Shown: positions 35,286 to 44,299, numbered from the stretch's first letter. The stretch is 61,020 bases of DNA from Candidatus Limnocylindria bacterium (GCA_046715765.1 JBKJYH010000048.1:1-61020), one strand, 5' to 3'. Notes: a model not told the origin generated them from the sequence alone. Numbers and translations are program-made.

Positions 35286-36287
35286 CTAGCCGGACAGTTC
35301 GCCGCGGGGGGTGCGGCCCATCAGGGCTGCAGCCGCCTCGAGAGGCCTGCGCGCGCCGCCGACCACCGCCGCGACCTGCTCCGCGATGGGCATCTCGACC
35401 CCGTGCCGTGCGGCCAGCGCGAGCGCGCCCGGGAGCGTGCTGACGCCCTCGACCTCGCCGGTGACGCGCGCGGCGACCTCCGGCCACGACAGGCCCTCGC
35501 CGAGCAGGCGCCCGGCCTGGTGGTTGCGCGAGAGGGGGCTCATGCAGGTCGCGATCAGGTCACCGACACCGGCCAACCCGGCGAAGGTGTCGCGCTGAGC
35601 CCCGGCGGCCACCCCCAGGCGGGTCATCTCGGCGAGGCCGCGGGTGATCACCCCGGCCTTGGCGCTGTCCCCCATCTCGAGCCCTTCGACCATCCCCACC
35701 GCCAGGGCAATCACGTTCTTCAGGGCGCCGCATAACTCGACCCCAATCACGTCAGGGTTGGTGTAGACCCTGAATCGGTCGGAGGCGAAGAGGGCGGCCA
35801 GCTCATCGGAGAGCGAAGGGTCGGCGGAGGCGATGACCGTGCCGGCGGGCAGGCCCGCAGCCACCTCCCGGGCCAGGTTCGGGCCGGACAGGACCGCCAC
35901 TAGTTGGCCGGGCAGCTCCTCCGCGATCACCTCGCTCATGCGCAGTTGGGTGCCCTGCTCGATCCCCTTCACCACACTCAGCAGAGCGGCATTTCCCGCC
36001 ACGTGCCGGCGGAGGCGCACGAGCGTCTCGCGCAGGTGTGCCGATGGCACCCCCAACACGAAGAGTCGATGCGGTTCGGCCAGCTCCTCGTCGGCGCGCA
36101 CGACGGCGAGGTTCGGAGGGAATCGAACTCCCGGCAGGTAGCGGCTGTTCTCGCGGTCGGCGGCGAGCCGCGCGCCGGTTGCCGGCTCGCGCGCCCACAA
36201 GCCCACCGAATGACCTGCGCCCGCCAGCTTGATTGCGAGGGTGGTGCCCCAGGCACCGGCCCCAATGACCCCGATCCGGTCCGCCAT
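35286..36287 (-). CDS. gpsA: NAD(P)H-dependent glycerol-3-phosphate dehydrogenase
   Basis: Trimmed to MADRIGVIGAGAWGTTLA (Rossmann GxGxxG). '..GALKNVIALAVG..' is the GpsA signature. Confidence 0.9.
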   Translation of the reverse strand: MADRIGVIGAGAWGTTLAIKLAGAGHSVGLWAREPATGARLAADRENSRYLPGVRFPPNLAVVRADEELAEPHRLFVLGVPSAHLRETLVRLRRHVAGNAALLSVVKGIEQGTQLRMSEVIAEELPGQLVAVLSGPNLAREVAAGLPAGTVIASADPSLSDELAALFASDRFRVYTNPDVIGVELCGALKNVIALAVGMVEGLEMGDSAKAGVITRGLAEMTRLGVAAGAQRDTFAGLAGVGDLIATCMSPLSRNHQAGRLLGEGLSWPEVAARVTGEVEGVSTLPGALALAARHGVEMPIAEQVAAVVGGARRPLEAAAALMGRTPRGELSG

Positions 36288-36297
36288 CGAGCCGTGA

Positions 36298-36570
36298 CTA
36301 CTCGACCGGGATCGTTTCGCGCTTCGATTGCGGGTCCGCGGCAGCGGGCGTATCGCCCATCTTCGCGATCCAGTGATCGAGGTAGCTGCGAGCGGCAAGC
36401 AGTTGCTCGCGCCCGGCCGCCTTCATGTGGCGGCGAGTCTCGTCCGGGAAGAGGTTGCGCATCACTGCCCAGAAGGCGAGCTCCACGTTCTCACGGCCGT
36501 CTCCGCGGCGCGTGCGACGCTCAAGCTCCTCGATCCGGGTCTCCAGGTCAGCGGCGTTTTGATCGGTCAT
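36298..36570 (-). CDS. small helical hypothetical protein downstream of the ArsA-like ATPase
   Basis: 90 aa. The ATG at 36570 is preceded by GGAGGTG (6-nt spacer) and lies 23 nt inside the 3' end of the ATPase gene. It is charged and helical (LETRIEELERRTRR...), with no recognised family. Confidence 0.5.
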   Translation of the reverse strand: MTDQNAADLETRIEELERRTRRGDGRENVELAFWAVMRNLFPDETRRHMKAAGREQLLAARSYLDHWIAKMGDTPAAADPQSKRETIPVE

Positions 36571-37795
36571 GCTTTTCACCTCCGGTGGGGCTCCGCGGCG
36601 GCGCCGCGAAGCGAATCTTCAGAACGTGGTCGTCGAACTTTGCGCCCAGGGTGGGTGCCTCGACAAGTACCCGCGGCAGAACGAGGTTGCGACGCCAGGT
36701 GCCGACCTCGATCACGATCTCGTCGGCATGGCGCGTGAGCCGGATGTCGTCCTTCATGGCGAACGGCAACTCCACCGACATCACGAACTGCTCGTCCTCG
36801 CGCACGACCGAGTACGGTCGTCCGCGGTAGAAGTGGTCCGTCGGGTCGGTCTCGCCGTACAACTGCCGGCCCAGCTCCGTCAGCAGTTCCACGCCCAGCA
36901 CCTCGCGGTCGAAGAAGGGTGCCCGCAGCACCGGGATCGGGCTGAACGCCTCCTCCACCAGGGGTGCGTTCCGCTGCTGGGCGTCGTACCAGCCCCGGAA
37001 GTAGAGCCACTTCACGTCATCGGGCAGGACGCGATTGGCGATGACCAGGTCGGTCGGATAGCCATACAGGTGGAAATAGGTGAAGGAGCGCTGCGCCTCC
37101 TTGATGACCATCTGCTCGAGGGTCAGCACCACCCGAACCGAGGACTTGTCCGGGTCGGTGAGCAAGTCATGCATATGCTCCAGCCGGGCGAACAGGTCCT
37201 CGCCGGCATCGAACACGTCGTCACCGGGCATCGGCATGCCAACCATGCGTTGAATCAGCGGTCCGGTCAGTTTGGTGATCCGACGACCGATTGGTTCCAG
37301 CTTCTCCATCCACCACCTGCCGGCCTCCGGCAGGGACAGGAGCCGCAGCGTCTCGCCGGTCGGGGCGGCGTCCACCACCACCACGTCGTAGTTGCCTGAA
37401 TCGTGGTGTTCGGCGATCCACAGCAGACTGCCTACCTCGTCCATGCCGGGGAGCACCGTCATCTCCTCGGCCAGGACCTCGTCCAGTCCCCGCCATCGCA
37501 ATAGGCTGGCGGCGTAGGCCTGGATCCGCCCCCAGTAGCGGGCGACGTTGAAAAAGGCGTCGGACTCCTGGCCCCACAGGTTGGGGGCGATCTGGACCGG
37601 CTCCGGCCCGAGCTCGATGGCAAAGGCGTCGCCGAGGCTGTGTGCGATGTCGGTCGAGAGCACGATGGTGCGGTACCCGCGAGCCGCGCAGGCCAGCGCT
37701 GTGGCCGCGGCGATGCTGGTCTTACCGACCCCACCCTTGCCGGTGTAGACCAGGATCCGCGGAAACCCGGGGCGCGCGGGTATCGAATCGGTCAT
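36548..37795 (-). CDS. ArsA/GET3-family ATPase with C-terminal HSP20-like (ArsA_HSP20) domain
   Basis: Trimmed to MTDSIPARPG, whose ATG overlaps the der stop (ATGA at 37792-37795). It has the deviant Walker A 'YTGKGGVGKTS' and '..VLSTDIAHSLGD..'. The C-terminal '..FVMSVELPFAMKDDIRLTRHADEIVIEVG..' is alpha-crystallin-like. Confidence 0.85.
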   Translation of the reverse strand: MTDSIPARPGFPRILVYTGKGGVGKTSIAAATALACAARGYRTIVLSTDIAHSLGDAFAIELGPEPVQIAPNLWGQESDAFFNVARYWGRIQAYAASLLRWRGLDEVLAEEMTVLPGMDEVGSLLWIAEHHDSGNYDVVVVDAAPTGETLRLLSLPEAGRWWMEKLEPIGRRITKLTGPLIQRMVGMPMPGDDVFDAGEDLFARLEHMHDLLTDPDKSSVRVVLTLEQMVIKEAQRSFTYFHLYGYPTDLVIANRVLPDDVKWLYFRGWYDAQQRNAPLVEEAFSPIPVLRAPFFDREVLGVELLTELGRQLYGETDPTDHFYRGRPYSVVREDEQFVMSVELPFAMKDDIRLTRHADEIVIEVGTWRRNLVLPRVLVEAPTLGAKFDDHVLKIRFAAPPRSPTGGEKHDRSKRR

Positions 37796-39249
37796 CGGCG
37801 CGCCCGTGGGCTGCGGGCGACCCGGCGCGCTCGGGATGGGCGGCGGGCCGTCTCCTCGGACACGCGCTGCCGGAGGATGATCCGAATCGGGGTCCCCAAG
37901 AAGCCGTATTCGGCGCGAATCTTGTTCTCCAGGTAGCGCCGGTAGCTGAAATGGATCAGCTCCGGGTCGTTGACGAAGACCACGAAGGTGGGCGGCGCCA
38001 CGGCCGCCTGGGTGGCGTAGAAGATCTTGGGCAGCCGGTTGCGGACGTGCGACGGCGGATGCTCGCGCACGGCATCGGTGATCACGCGGTTGAGTTCGGC
38101 GGTGGGGACTCGCCGATAGCGCTCCTCGGCGACGCGCCGCGCCTCGTGCAGGATCCGCTCGACGCGCTGCCCGGTCAGGGCGGAGGCGAACACGATGTCG
38201 GCCCACGCCAGGTAGGGAGCCTCGCGGCGCAGCGAGTGCAGCCATTCATCGGCGGTGTGGCCGTCCTTCTCGAGGGCGTCCCACTTGTTGATCACCAGCA
38301 CGATCCCCTTGTACGCCTCGAGCACGTGCCCCACCACGTGGGCGTCCTGCGCGGTGAAGCCCTCGATCGCATCGGTCAGGACCACCGCCACGTCGGCCCG
38401 ATCGATCGCCTTTAACGATCGGAGGACCGAGTACTGCTCGATCCCGCGCTGGACCGATCCGCGGCGCCGGATCCCTGCCGTGTCGATCAGGATCATCGGT
38501 TCGCCGTCCACCTGCACCAGGCTGTCCACCGAATCGCGGGTGGTGCCGGGCACCTCGGAGACGATCATCCGTTCCTCGCCCAGAACCCGGTTCACCAGGG
38601 TGCTCTTGCCGGTGTTCGGACGGCCCACCACCGCCACCCGGGGCGGACCCATCTCGGTCTCGGCCAGTTCGGCCAGCTCGTCGTCGGTGGGGAGCTCCCC
38701 GTCCCAGGTCGAGGCGTCTGGCTCGCGTTCCGCATCGGTCGGCGGGGGGAGCGCATCAACCACCATGTCGGCCAGGTCGCCGGTGCTCCGCCCGTGCTGG
38801 GCGCTGATGGCGATCGCGGGATCGAAGCCGAGGGCGTAGAACTCGGCCGCCTCGGCCTCGCGGCGCGGGTTGTCGGCCTTGTTGACGACCAGCAGGGTCG
38901 GCTTGTTGGCGCGCCGCAGCCGGTCGGCGACTTCGTGGTCGAGCGGGGCCAGCCCAACTGCGGCATCCACCACGAACAGGATCACGTCCGCCTCGTCGAT
39001 CGCCACCCGGGCCTGGTCCTGAACCCGCGCCTCGATCGTGCCCCCTGGCTCGAGCTCGAGCCCGCCGGTGTCGACCACCGTGAAGCGGCGACCGTTCCAC
39101 TCGGCCGTGCCGTACACCCGGTCGCGGGTGGTGCCCGGGACGTCCTCGACGATCGCGACCCGCTCCCCGACCAACCGGTTGAAGAGCGTGCTCTTGCCGA
39201 CGTTGGGGCGGCCGACGATGGCAACCACGGGCAGGGATGCGGAAGGCAT
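37792..39249 (-). CDS. der: ribosome-biogenesis GTPase Der (EngA)
   Basis: 485 aa with two G domains (GRPNVGKSTLFNRL and GRPNTGKSTLVNRV) plus a KH-like C-terminus with an Arg-rich tail. Confidence 0.95.
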   Translation of the reverse strand: MPSASLPVVAIVGRPNVGKSTLFNRLVGERVAIVEDVPGTTRDRVYGTAEWNGRRFTVVDTGGLELEPGGTIEARVQDQARVAIDEADVILFVVDAAVGLAPLDHEVADRLRRANKPTLLVVNKADNPRREAEAAEFYALGFDPAIAISAQHGRSTGDLADMVVDALPPPTDAEREPDASTWDGELPTDDELAELAETEMGPPRVAVVGRPNTGKSTLVNRVLGEERMIVSEVPGTTRDSVDSLVQVDGEPMILIDTAGIRRRGSVQRGIEQYSVLRSLKAIDRADVAVVLTDAIEGFTAQDAHVVGHVLEAYKGIVLVINKWDALEKDGHTADEWLHSLRREAPYLAWADIVFASALTGQRVERILHEARRVAEERYRRVPTAELNRVITDAVREHPPSHVRNRLPKIFYATQAAVAPPTFVVFVNDPELIHFSYRRYLENKIRAEYGFLGTPIRIILRQRVSEETARRPSRARRVARSPRARR

Positions 39250-39299
39250 GGGGCGAGTGTAGCCACCAGCCGGTTCGAGTCCCGGCTAGCATCGGCGCA

Positions 39300-40550
39300 A
39301 TGCGCATCGGGATCGTCTCCACCCGCCTTGCCGGGGTTGACGGCGTCACCTTCGAGACCACCAAGTGGGAGACGGCACTCGAGCGCATGGGCCACCAGGT
39401 CCGCCTGTGCGCCGGCGAGGTAGACGCGCTGCGCGCCAGCGCGCGCCTGGTGCCTCCCATGCACTTCGGGTGGCCACCAGCCGCCCGTGTCACCGCTGCG
39501 GCATTCGATCCAAATAGCGACGCGGCGGCCGTCCGGGCGGAGATCGAGCGACTGGCCGACCTGCTGATTCCGGTGCTGGACAACTGGGTCGAGACGCAGC
39601 ACCTCGATCAGCTCATCGTCGAGAACGCGTGGGCCATCCCGATGCACATGCCGCTCGGCCTGGCGCTGCGACGGCTGGTGGAGCGGCGCGGCATACCGAC
39701 CATCGGCCACCACCACGACTACTGGTGGGAGCGGGACCGGTTCAAGGACTGCGTGGTGCCTGAGCTTCTGACCGCGGCCTTTCCACCGGATCTTCCCAAC
39801 GTGCGCCACGTGAGCATCAACAGCCTGGCGGCCGCCCAGCTGCTCGTGCGCCGTGGCCTGAACTCCATGGTCGTGCCCAATGTGTTCGACTTCGAGCGGC
39901 CGCGGCCACGCCCCCATCCGGCCATGCGGCGCCGGATGCGCGCCGAACTGGGCATGGGCGACAGCGGCCTGCTGGTGGTCCAGCCGACGCGCGTGGTGCC
40001 GCGCAAGGGCATCGAACTGGCGATCGAGCTGGTAGGGCGGCTGGGCGACCCGGACGCGGTGCTGCTGATCACCAGCCCGGCCGGCGACGAAGGGCTGGAT
40101 TATCTCGTGGAGCTCGAGCGCCGGGCGGAGCGCGCGAGGGTACGGCTCCGCTACGCTGCCGATCGCTTCGAGCCGGACATGGAGGGCAGGCGCCTCGGCC
40201 CGGCGCACACCCTGCATGACGCCTACCTGGCCGCGGACCTGATCACCTACCCCAGCCTGCACGAGGGCTATGGCAATGCGCTGATCGAGGCCATCTTCTA
40301 CGGCAAGCCGGTGGTGGTAAACCGATATCCGGTGTACGTCGCAGACATCGCGCCGCTCGGCCTGGAGTTCATCGAGATCGACGGGCGCATCACCGACGAG
40401 ACGGTCGCGGTGGTCCGCAGCGTGCTGGCCAACCCGCGGCGCCAGGCGCGGATTGCGCGCGCCAACTACGACATTGCGCGGCGGCGCCTCTCTTACAAGG
40501 TTCTGCGACGCCGGCTGCGACGGTTACTCGAGCCGACCTCCGCGGCCTAG
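39300..40550 (+). CDS. GT-B fold glycosyltransferase (family 4-like)
   Basis: Trimmed to MRIGIVSTRLAGVDGV. The C-terminal 'YPSLHEGYGNALIEAIFYGKPVVV' is the E-x7-E-type GT4 donor-binding motif. Confidence 0.8.
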   Translation: MRIGIVSTRLAGVDGVTFETTKWETALERMGHQVRLCAGEVDALRASARLVPPMHFGWPPAARVTAAAFDPNSDAAAVRAEIERLADLLIPVLDNWVETQHLDQLIVENAWAIPMHMPLGLALRRLVERRGIPTIGHHHDYWWERDRFKDCVVPELLTAAFPPDLPNVRHVSINSLAAAQLLVRRGLNSMVVPNVFDFERPRPRPHPAMRRRMRAELGMGDSGLLVVQPTRVVPRKGIELAIELVGRLGDPDAVLLITSPAGDEGLDYLVELERRAERARVRLRYAADRFEPDMEGRRLGPAHTLHDAYLAADLITYPSLHEGYGNALIEAIFYGKPVVVNRYPVYVADIAPLGLEFIEIDGRITDETVAVVRSVLANPRRQARIARANYDIARRRLSYKVLRRRLRRLLEPTSAA

Positions 40551-40602
40551 CAGCCGTGGCCAGCCCGCCGGGCCGGCGAGTCGACCGATTCGGCCAGAGT
40601 CA

Positions 40603-40772
40603 GCCAGATTCACATCGGGCGACCATCATGCGGGCCGCGCAGCCGACGGTCGGTGCATCTGGCCACTGGGTGTGAATCTGACGCCAATGGAGTGTCAGGC
40701 GGTCATCGGGTGTGAATTTGGCGGCCGCAGCCGATCCGACGGAACCTAACGGTCATCGGGTGTGAAATTGGC
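40603..40772. repeat. four copies of a 22-bp motif (consensus GGTCATCGGGTGTGAATTTGGC), one inverted, three direct
   Basis: The copies are at 40603-40624 (inverted, 17/22), 40661-40682 (17/22), 40701-40722 and 40751-40772 (21/22 to each other). Direct copies start 40 and 50 bp apart. The 10-bp CAGATTCACA (40605-14) and TGTGAATCTG (40671-80) form a perfect inverted repeat. Confidence 0.8.
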
Positions 40773-40829
40773 ACGCAAGCCACGCGCGGGCGGCGGACGG
40801 CGGCGACGACTCAGAAAGGCCTCTCTTGG

Positions 40830-41705
40830 TCAGGCCGCGGTCAGGGCATAGATCCGTTCGCGGACGGCCTCCAGGTCCGCCTCGGGCGTCGAGGTCCCGC
40901 CGGTGATCCCGATCCGGGCCTTGCCGCGCAGCCAGGCGGCGTGATCGGCCTCCAGCTCGTCGGCATCGGCAACGTGGATGGTGTCCGCCAGGACCGCCTG
41001 GACCTTGACCGCCAATTCGCGAGTATTGCTGCTGTTCTTGCCGCCCACCACGATCATGGCGTCAACCTCGCCGGCCAGGGCCACGCCTCCGTCCTGTCGG
41101 GTGAGCGTCACCGGGCAGACCGTGTTCACCACCCGCAGGTCGTGGCAGCGGCGCAGGCAGAAGGCGGCAAACTCCTCGAGCTTGCTCGGCAGGATGGTGG
41201 ATTGGCTGAGGACCCCGATCTTCTTGGTACGCGGTACTCGATCCCAGGTCGAACGATCCATGTCATCCACCACCACGTGGTTCTCCCCGGCGTACGAGCG
41301 CACGCCCTTGACCTCGGGGTGATGCTCGTGCCCGATGATGCAGACCGTGTAGCCCGCCTCGGCCAGTTCCCGGGCCGCCTTCTGCGATTGCAGGACCCAG
41401 GTGCAGGTGGCGTCGATCACCTCCAGGCCGGCCTTGGATCGGACCCGCTCGAGGTCCTCGGCCGGGACGCCGTGGGCGCGGATCACCAGGGTCCCGCCCT
41501 CCACCTGGTCGGCGAGGTCCGCGGTGTGGATGCCCCGGGATGCGAGCTCGGCCTTGATCCCCGGGTTGTGGACCAGCTGCCCCAGGGTGGTGACCTCCTT
41601 GCCCTCGTCACGGGCGTCGCGTGCCTTCTCGATGGCGAGGCGCACCCCGTAGCAGAAGCCTGCTCGCTCGGCGATCCGGACCTCGGGTCGGGTGGCGGTG
41701 GTCAT
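40830..41705 (-). CDS. ispH: 4-hydroxy-3-methylbut-2-enyl diphosphate reductase
   Basis: 291 aa. It has the 'AGFCYGVRLAIEKA' first Cys motif and '..VGGKNSSNT..' near the C-terminus. Confidence 0.9.
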   Translation of the reverse strand: MTTATRPEVRIAERAGFCYGVRLAIEKARDARDEGKEVTTLGQLVHNPGIKAELASRGIHTADLADQVEGGTLVIRAHGVPAEDLERVRSKAGLEVIDATCTWVLQSQKAARELAEAGYTVCIIGHEHHPEVKGVRSYAGENHVVVDDMDRSTWDRVPRTKKIGVLSQSTILPSKLEEFAAFCLRRCHDLRVVNTVCPVTLTRQDGGVALAGEVDAMIVVGGKNSSNTRELAVKVQAVLADTIHVADADELEADHAAWLRGKARIGITGGTSTPEADLEAVRERIYALTAA

Positions 41706-42379
41706 GACGGCTCCGATTGTATCGGCGTGGTCCGATACACCCCCTGTTGGGCCTCGGGCAGGAGGGCAGCGATGGCCCGCATCAGGGTTCCGGTGCCGCG
41801 CTCCAGTTCGGCGCGGTCGAGCCGGCCCTCAGGCTGGTACAAGAGCCGGAACGGCTCACCGACGTGAAACGTGATCGGTTCGCGGCTGAGCCAGCGCAGG
41901 GCTCCGTGCCGCCGCCGAGCGGTGCCGGTGATCCCGACCGGGATGATCGGGACGCCGGCGCGCATCGCCAGCAGCGCCACGCCGGGCTTGCCTTCGATCA
42001 GCGCCCCGTCGGGGTTGCGGGTGCCCTCCGGAAAGATGCCGATCAGCCGCCCCTCGGCGAGGTGCTCCAGGGCCATCCGCTGCGCAGCACGGTCGCCCTC
42101 CCCGCGTCGCACAAAGAAGACCCCGGCGTTGCGCGCCAGCCAGCCGACCAGCGGCCAGCGGCTCATCTCGGCCTTGGCCATGAAGTGGACCACCCGGCCC
42201 ACCTGGTGTCCGGTCGCCCAACCCAGCATCGGCGGGTCCATCAGCGAGCAATGGTTGGCGATGATGATCGCCGGGCCGGTCCGTGGCAGGTGCTCGATGC
42301 CCTCGATCCGGGCGGGGCCGACCAACCACAGCAACGCGCCGATGATCGTCGCGCCGGGGTGGTAGAACCAGGTCTTCAC
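41702..42379 (-). CDS. plsC: 1-acyl-sn-glycerol-3-phosphate acyltransferase
   Basis: 225 aa with a GTG start. It has the 'NHCSLMDPP' HX4D motif and 'IFPEGTR' motif. There is an ATGA overlap with ispH. Confidence 0.8.
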   Translation of the reverse strand: MKTWFYHPGATIIGALLWLVGPARIEGIEHLPRTGPAIIIANHCSLMDPPMLGWATGHQVGRVVHFMAKAEMSRWPLVGWLARNAGVFFVRRGEGDRAAQRMALEHLAEGRLIGIFPEGTRNPDGALIEGKPGVALLAMRAGVPIIPVGITGTARRRHGALRWLSREPITFHVGEPFRLLYQPEGRLDRAELERGTGTLMRAIAALLPEAQQGVYRTTPIQSEPS

Positions 42380-42381
42380 CC

Positions 42382-43794
42382 TCAGCGCCTCCCGAGCCGC
42401 TGGAGCGCCACGTCCACGCAGGCGTCCACGTCGAGCTCTCCGGTGTCGAGCACGACGGCGTCGACCGCCCGACGCAGCGGGGCCACGGCGCGGCCGATGT
42501 CGGCGGCATCCCGCTCGGCGATCTCGGCCTGGTAACGCTCCAGGCGGTCCTCCCGCCCGAACTGGGCCGCCCGCCGCTCGGCGCGGACCTCGGCCGAAGC
42601 GGTGAGGAACAACTTGAGGGTCGCGCGCGGCAGGACGACCGTGCCGATGTCGCGGCCGACCATCACCGTTGGACCGTGACGGGCCGCCTCACGCTGGACC
42701 GGCAGCATCGCGGAGCGCACCGCCGGATGGCGGCTGACGGACGACACCCCACGATCGACGCGTGGCGTGCGCAGCGCCTCGCTGACGTCCACTCCGTCGA
42801 GCAGCGCCGCATCCCCGCGGACCTCGATCTGCACCCGGCCGGCCAGATCGGCGAGGGCGTCGCCGTCCTCCGGGTTGATCCCGCGGTCCAGGGCAGCCAG
42901 GGTCAGTGCCCGATACAGCAGCCCGGTGTCCACCATCCGGGCACCGAGCCGGCGCGCCAGCGCACGCCCGACGGTGCTCTTGCCCGATCCGGAAGTCCCA
43001 TCGATGGCCACCGTCAGCGACCCGGCGCGCCGTCGCGCGACGGCCACGGGTCGACCGGCAAGGGCCGCGATCTCCGCCTGATCGAGGGCGCGCCATTCCC
43101 CCGGACCCAGTCCTCCGAGCTCCAGGTCCCCGATCCGGGTCCGCGCCAGCCGCAACACCCGCCTCCCGATGACGGCGAACAGGCGCCGCACCTCACGCTT
43201 GCGCCCTTCCCCGATCAGGATGCGCAGCCACGCTCCGGTCTCCTCGGGCTCCCGCGCCACCGCCGGCGGAGGGGCTTCGCGGGAGGCGGCGAGCAGGCGA
43301 GCAGGCCCGTCGTCGAGTTCGACGCCGGCGAGCAGGCGCTCGATGTCGGCGTCGGCTGGATCGTCATCGAGAAGGACGGCGTACTCGCGCTCCTGTCCGT
43401 AGCGGGGGTGGAGCAGACGATGCGCCCACGCTCCGTCATCGGTCACGATCATCAGCCCCTCGGAATCGAGGTCCAGTCGGCCGGCGGGCCACAAGTGGCC
43501 CGGGATGCGGCCAGCTACCAGCGACACGACCGACTGACGGCCGCGTTCGTCTCGCGCGGACGAAAGCATCCCGCGCGGCTTGTGGATGGCCACGTACGTC
43601 CGGCCGGCCTCGCTCGGCAGGGGCGCGCCGTCGAGCGTGACGCGCTGGGTCGCCGGGTCGGCGCGGTCCCCCAGCTTCGCCACCTGCCCGCCCACCCGCA
43701 CCCGGCCGGCTTCGATCAGCACCTCTGCGCCGCGACGCGACGCCAGGCCGGCGCGCGCAATCAGCTTCTGGAGTCGCTCAGCCGGCATCGGCAC
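42382..43794 (-). CDS. fusion of RluB/RsuA-type pseudouridine synthase (S4 + catalytic domain) and cytidylate kinase
   Basis: This is a single 470-aa frame. The N-terminal part has an S4 domain (LQKLIARAGLASRRGAE) and a 'PAGRLDLDSEGLMIVTDDG' catalytic Asp motif. The C-terminal part has 'VAIDGTSGSGKSTVGRALA' (P-loop) and a typical Cmk body. No in-frame stop separates them. Confidence 0.8.
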   Translation of the reverse strand: MPMPAERLQKLIARAGLASRRGAEVLIEAGRVRVGGQVAKLGDRADPATQRVTLDGAPLPSEAGRTYVAIHKPRGMLSSARDERGRQSVVSLVAGRIPGHLWPAGRLDLDSEGLMIVTDDGAWAHRLLHPRYGQEREYAVLLDDDPADADIERLLAGVELDDGPARLLAASREAPPPAVAREPEETGAWLRILIGEGRKREVRRLFAVIGRRVLRLARTRIGDLELGGLGPGEWRALDQAEIAALAGRPVAVARRRAGSLTVAIDGTSGSGKSTVGRALARRLGARMVDTGLLYRALTLAALDRGINPEDGDALADLAGRVQIEVRGDAALLDGVDVSEALRTPRVDRGVSSVSRHPAVRSAMLPVQREAARHGPTVMVGRDIGTVVLPRATLKLFLTASAEVRAERRAAQFGREDRLERYQAEIAERDAADIGRAVAPLRRAVDAVVLDTGELDVDACVDVALQRLGRR

Positions 43795-44299
43795 CCCCCG
43801 CGGGCAGCGGCGGCAGGTCGTCGATCGAGGTCAGGCCGAATCGCTCCAGGAAGGTGAAGGTGGTGGCATACAGGATCGGGCGACCCGGTGCGTCACGCCG
43901 TCCGATCTCGCTGACCAGCCGGCGATGCAGCAGCGAGCGCAGGACGTAGTCGGAATCGACGCCGCGGGCGCGATCGACATCCCCGCGGGTGCAGGGCTGG
44001 TGATACGCGATCACCGCCAGGGCCTCCAGCGCGGCGGGGCTGAGACGGGCCTCCTGTCGAGCGGCATAGGCGGCCAGCCGCTCCCCGACTTCGGGTGCGG
44101 TGACCAGCTGCCACGCGTCGTCGTGGCGTTGGAGGCGCACGCCCCGTCCGTCCGTGGCCAGGTCATCGGCCAGTCCGGCCAGGATGGCCTCCGCCTGGGA
44201 GCGCGGCAGGCCCGCCAGTTCGGCCATCTCCGCGGTGGTCAGCGGTCGTTCCGCGACGAACAGGAGCGCCTCGAAGTATGGAGTCAGATCATCGGTCAT
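43778..44299 (-). CDS. scpB: segregation and condensation protein B
   Basis: 173 aa. 'EALLFVAERPLTTAEMAEL' and 'GRPILYATTFTFLERFGL' are ScpB signatures. Confidence 0.9.
   Translation of the reverse strand: MTDDLTPYFEALLFVAERPLTTAEMAELAGLPRSQAEAILAGLADDLATDGRGVRLQRHDDAWQLVTAPEVGERLAAYAARQEARLSPAALEALAVIAYHQPCTRGDVDRARGVDSDYVLRSLLHRRLVSEIGRRDAPGRPILYATTFTFLERFGLTSIDDLPPLPAGGADAG

Noticed and set aside
40628-40765. Mini-ORFs inside the repeat array (MRAAQPTVGASGHWV at 40628-40675, MECQAVIGCEFGGRSRSDGT at 40687-40749), two repeat copies ending in the reading 'GH(W/R)V-stop'.
   Set aside because: There is no SD-like sequence or conservation evidence. The repeats fall in different frames in different copies (AVIGCEFG versus GHRV-stop). 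A DNA- or RNA-level function is therefore more parsimonious than coding.
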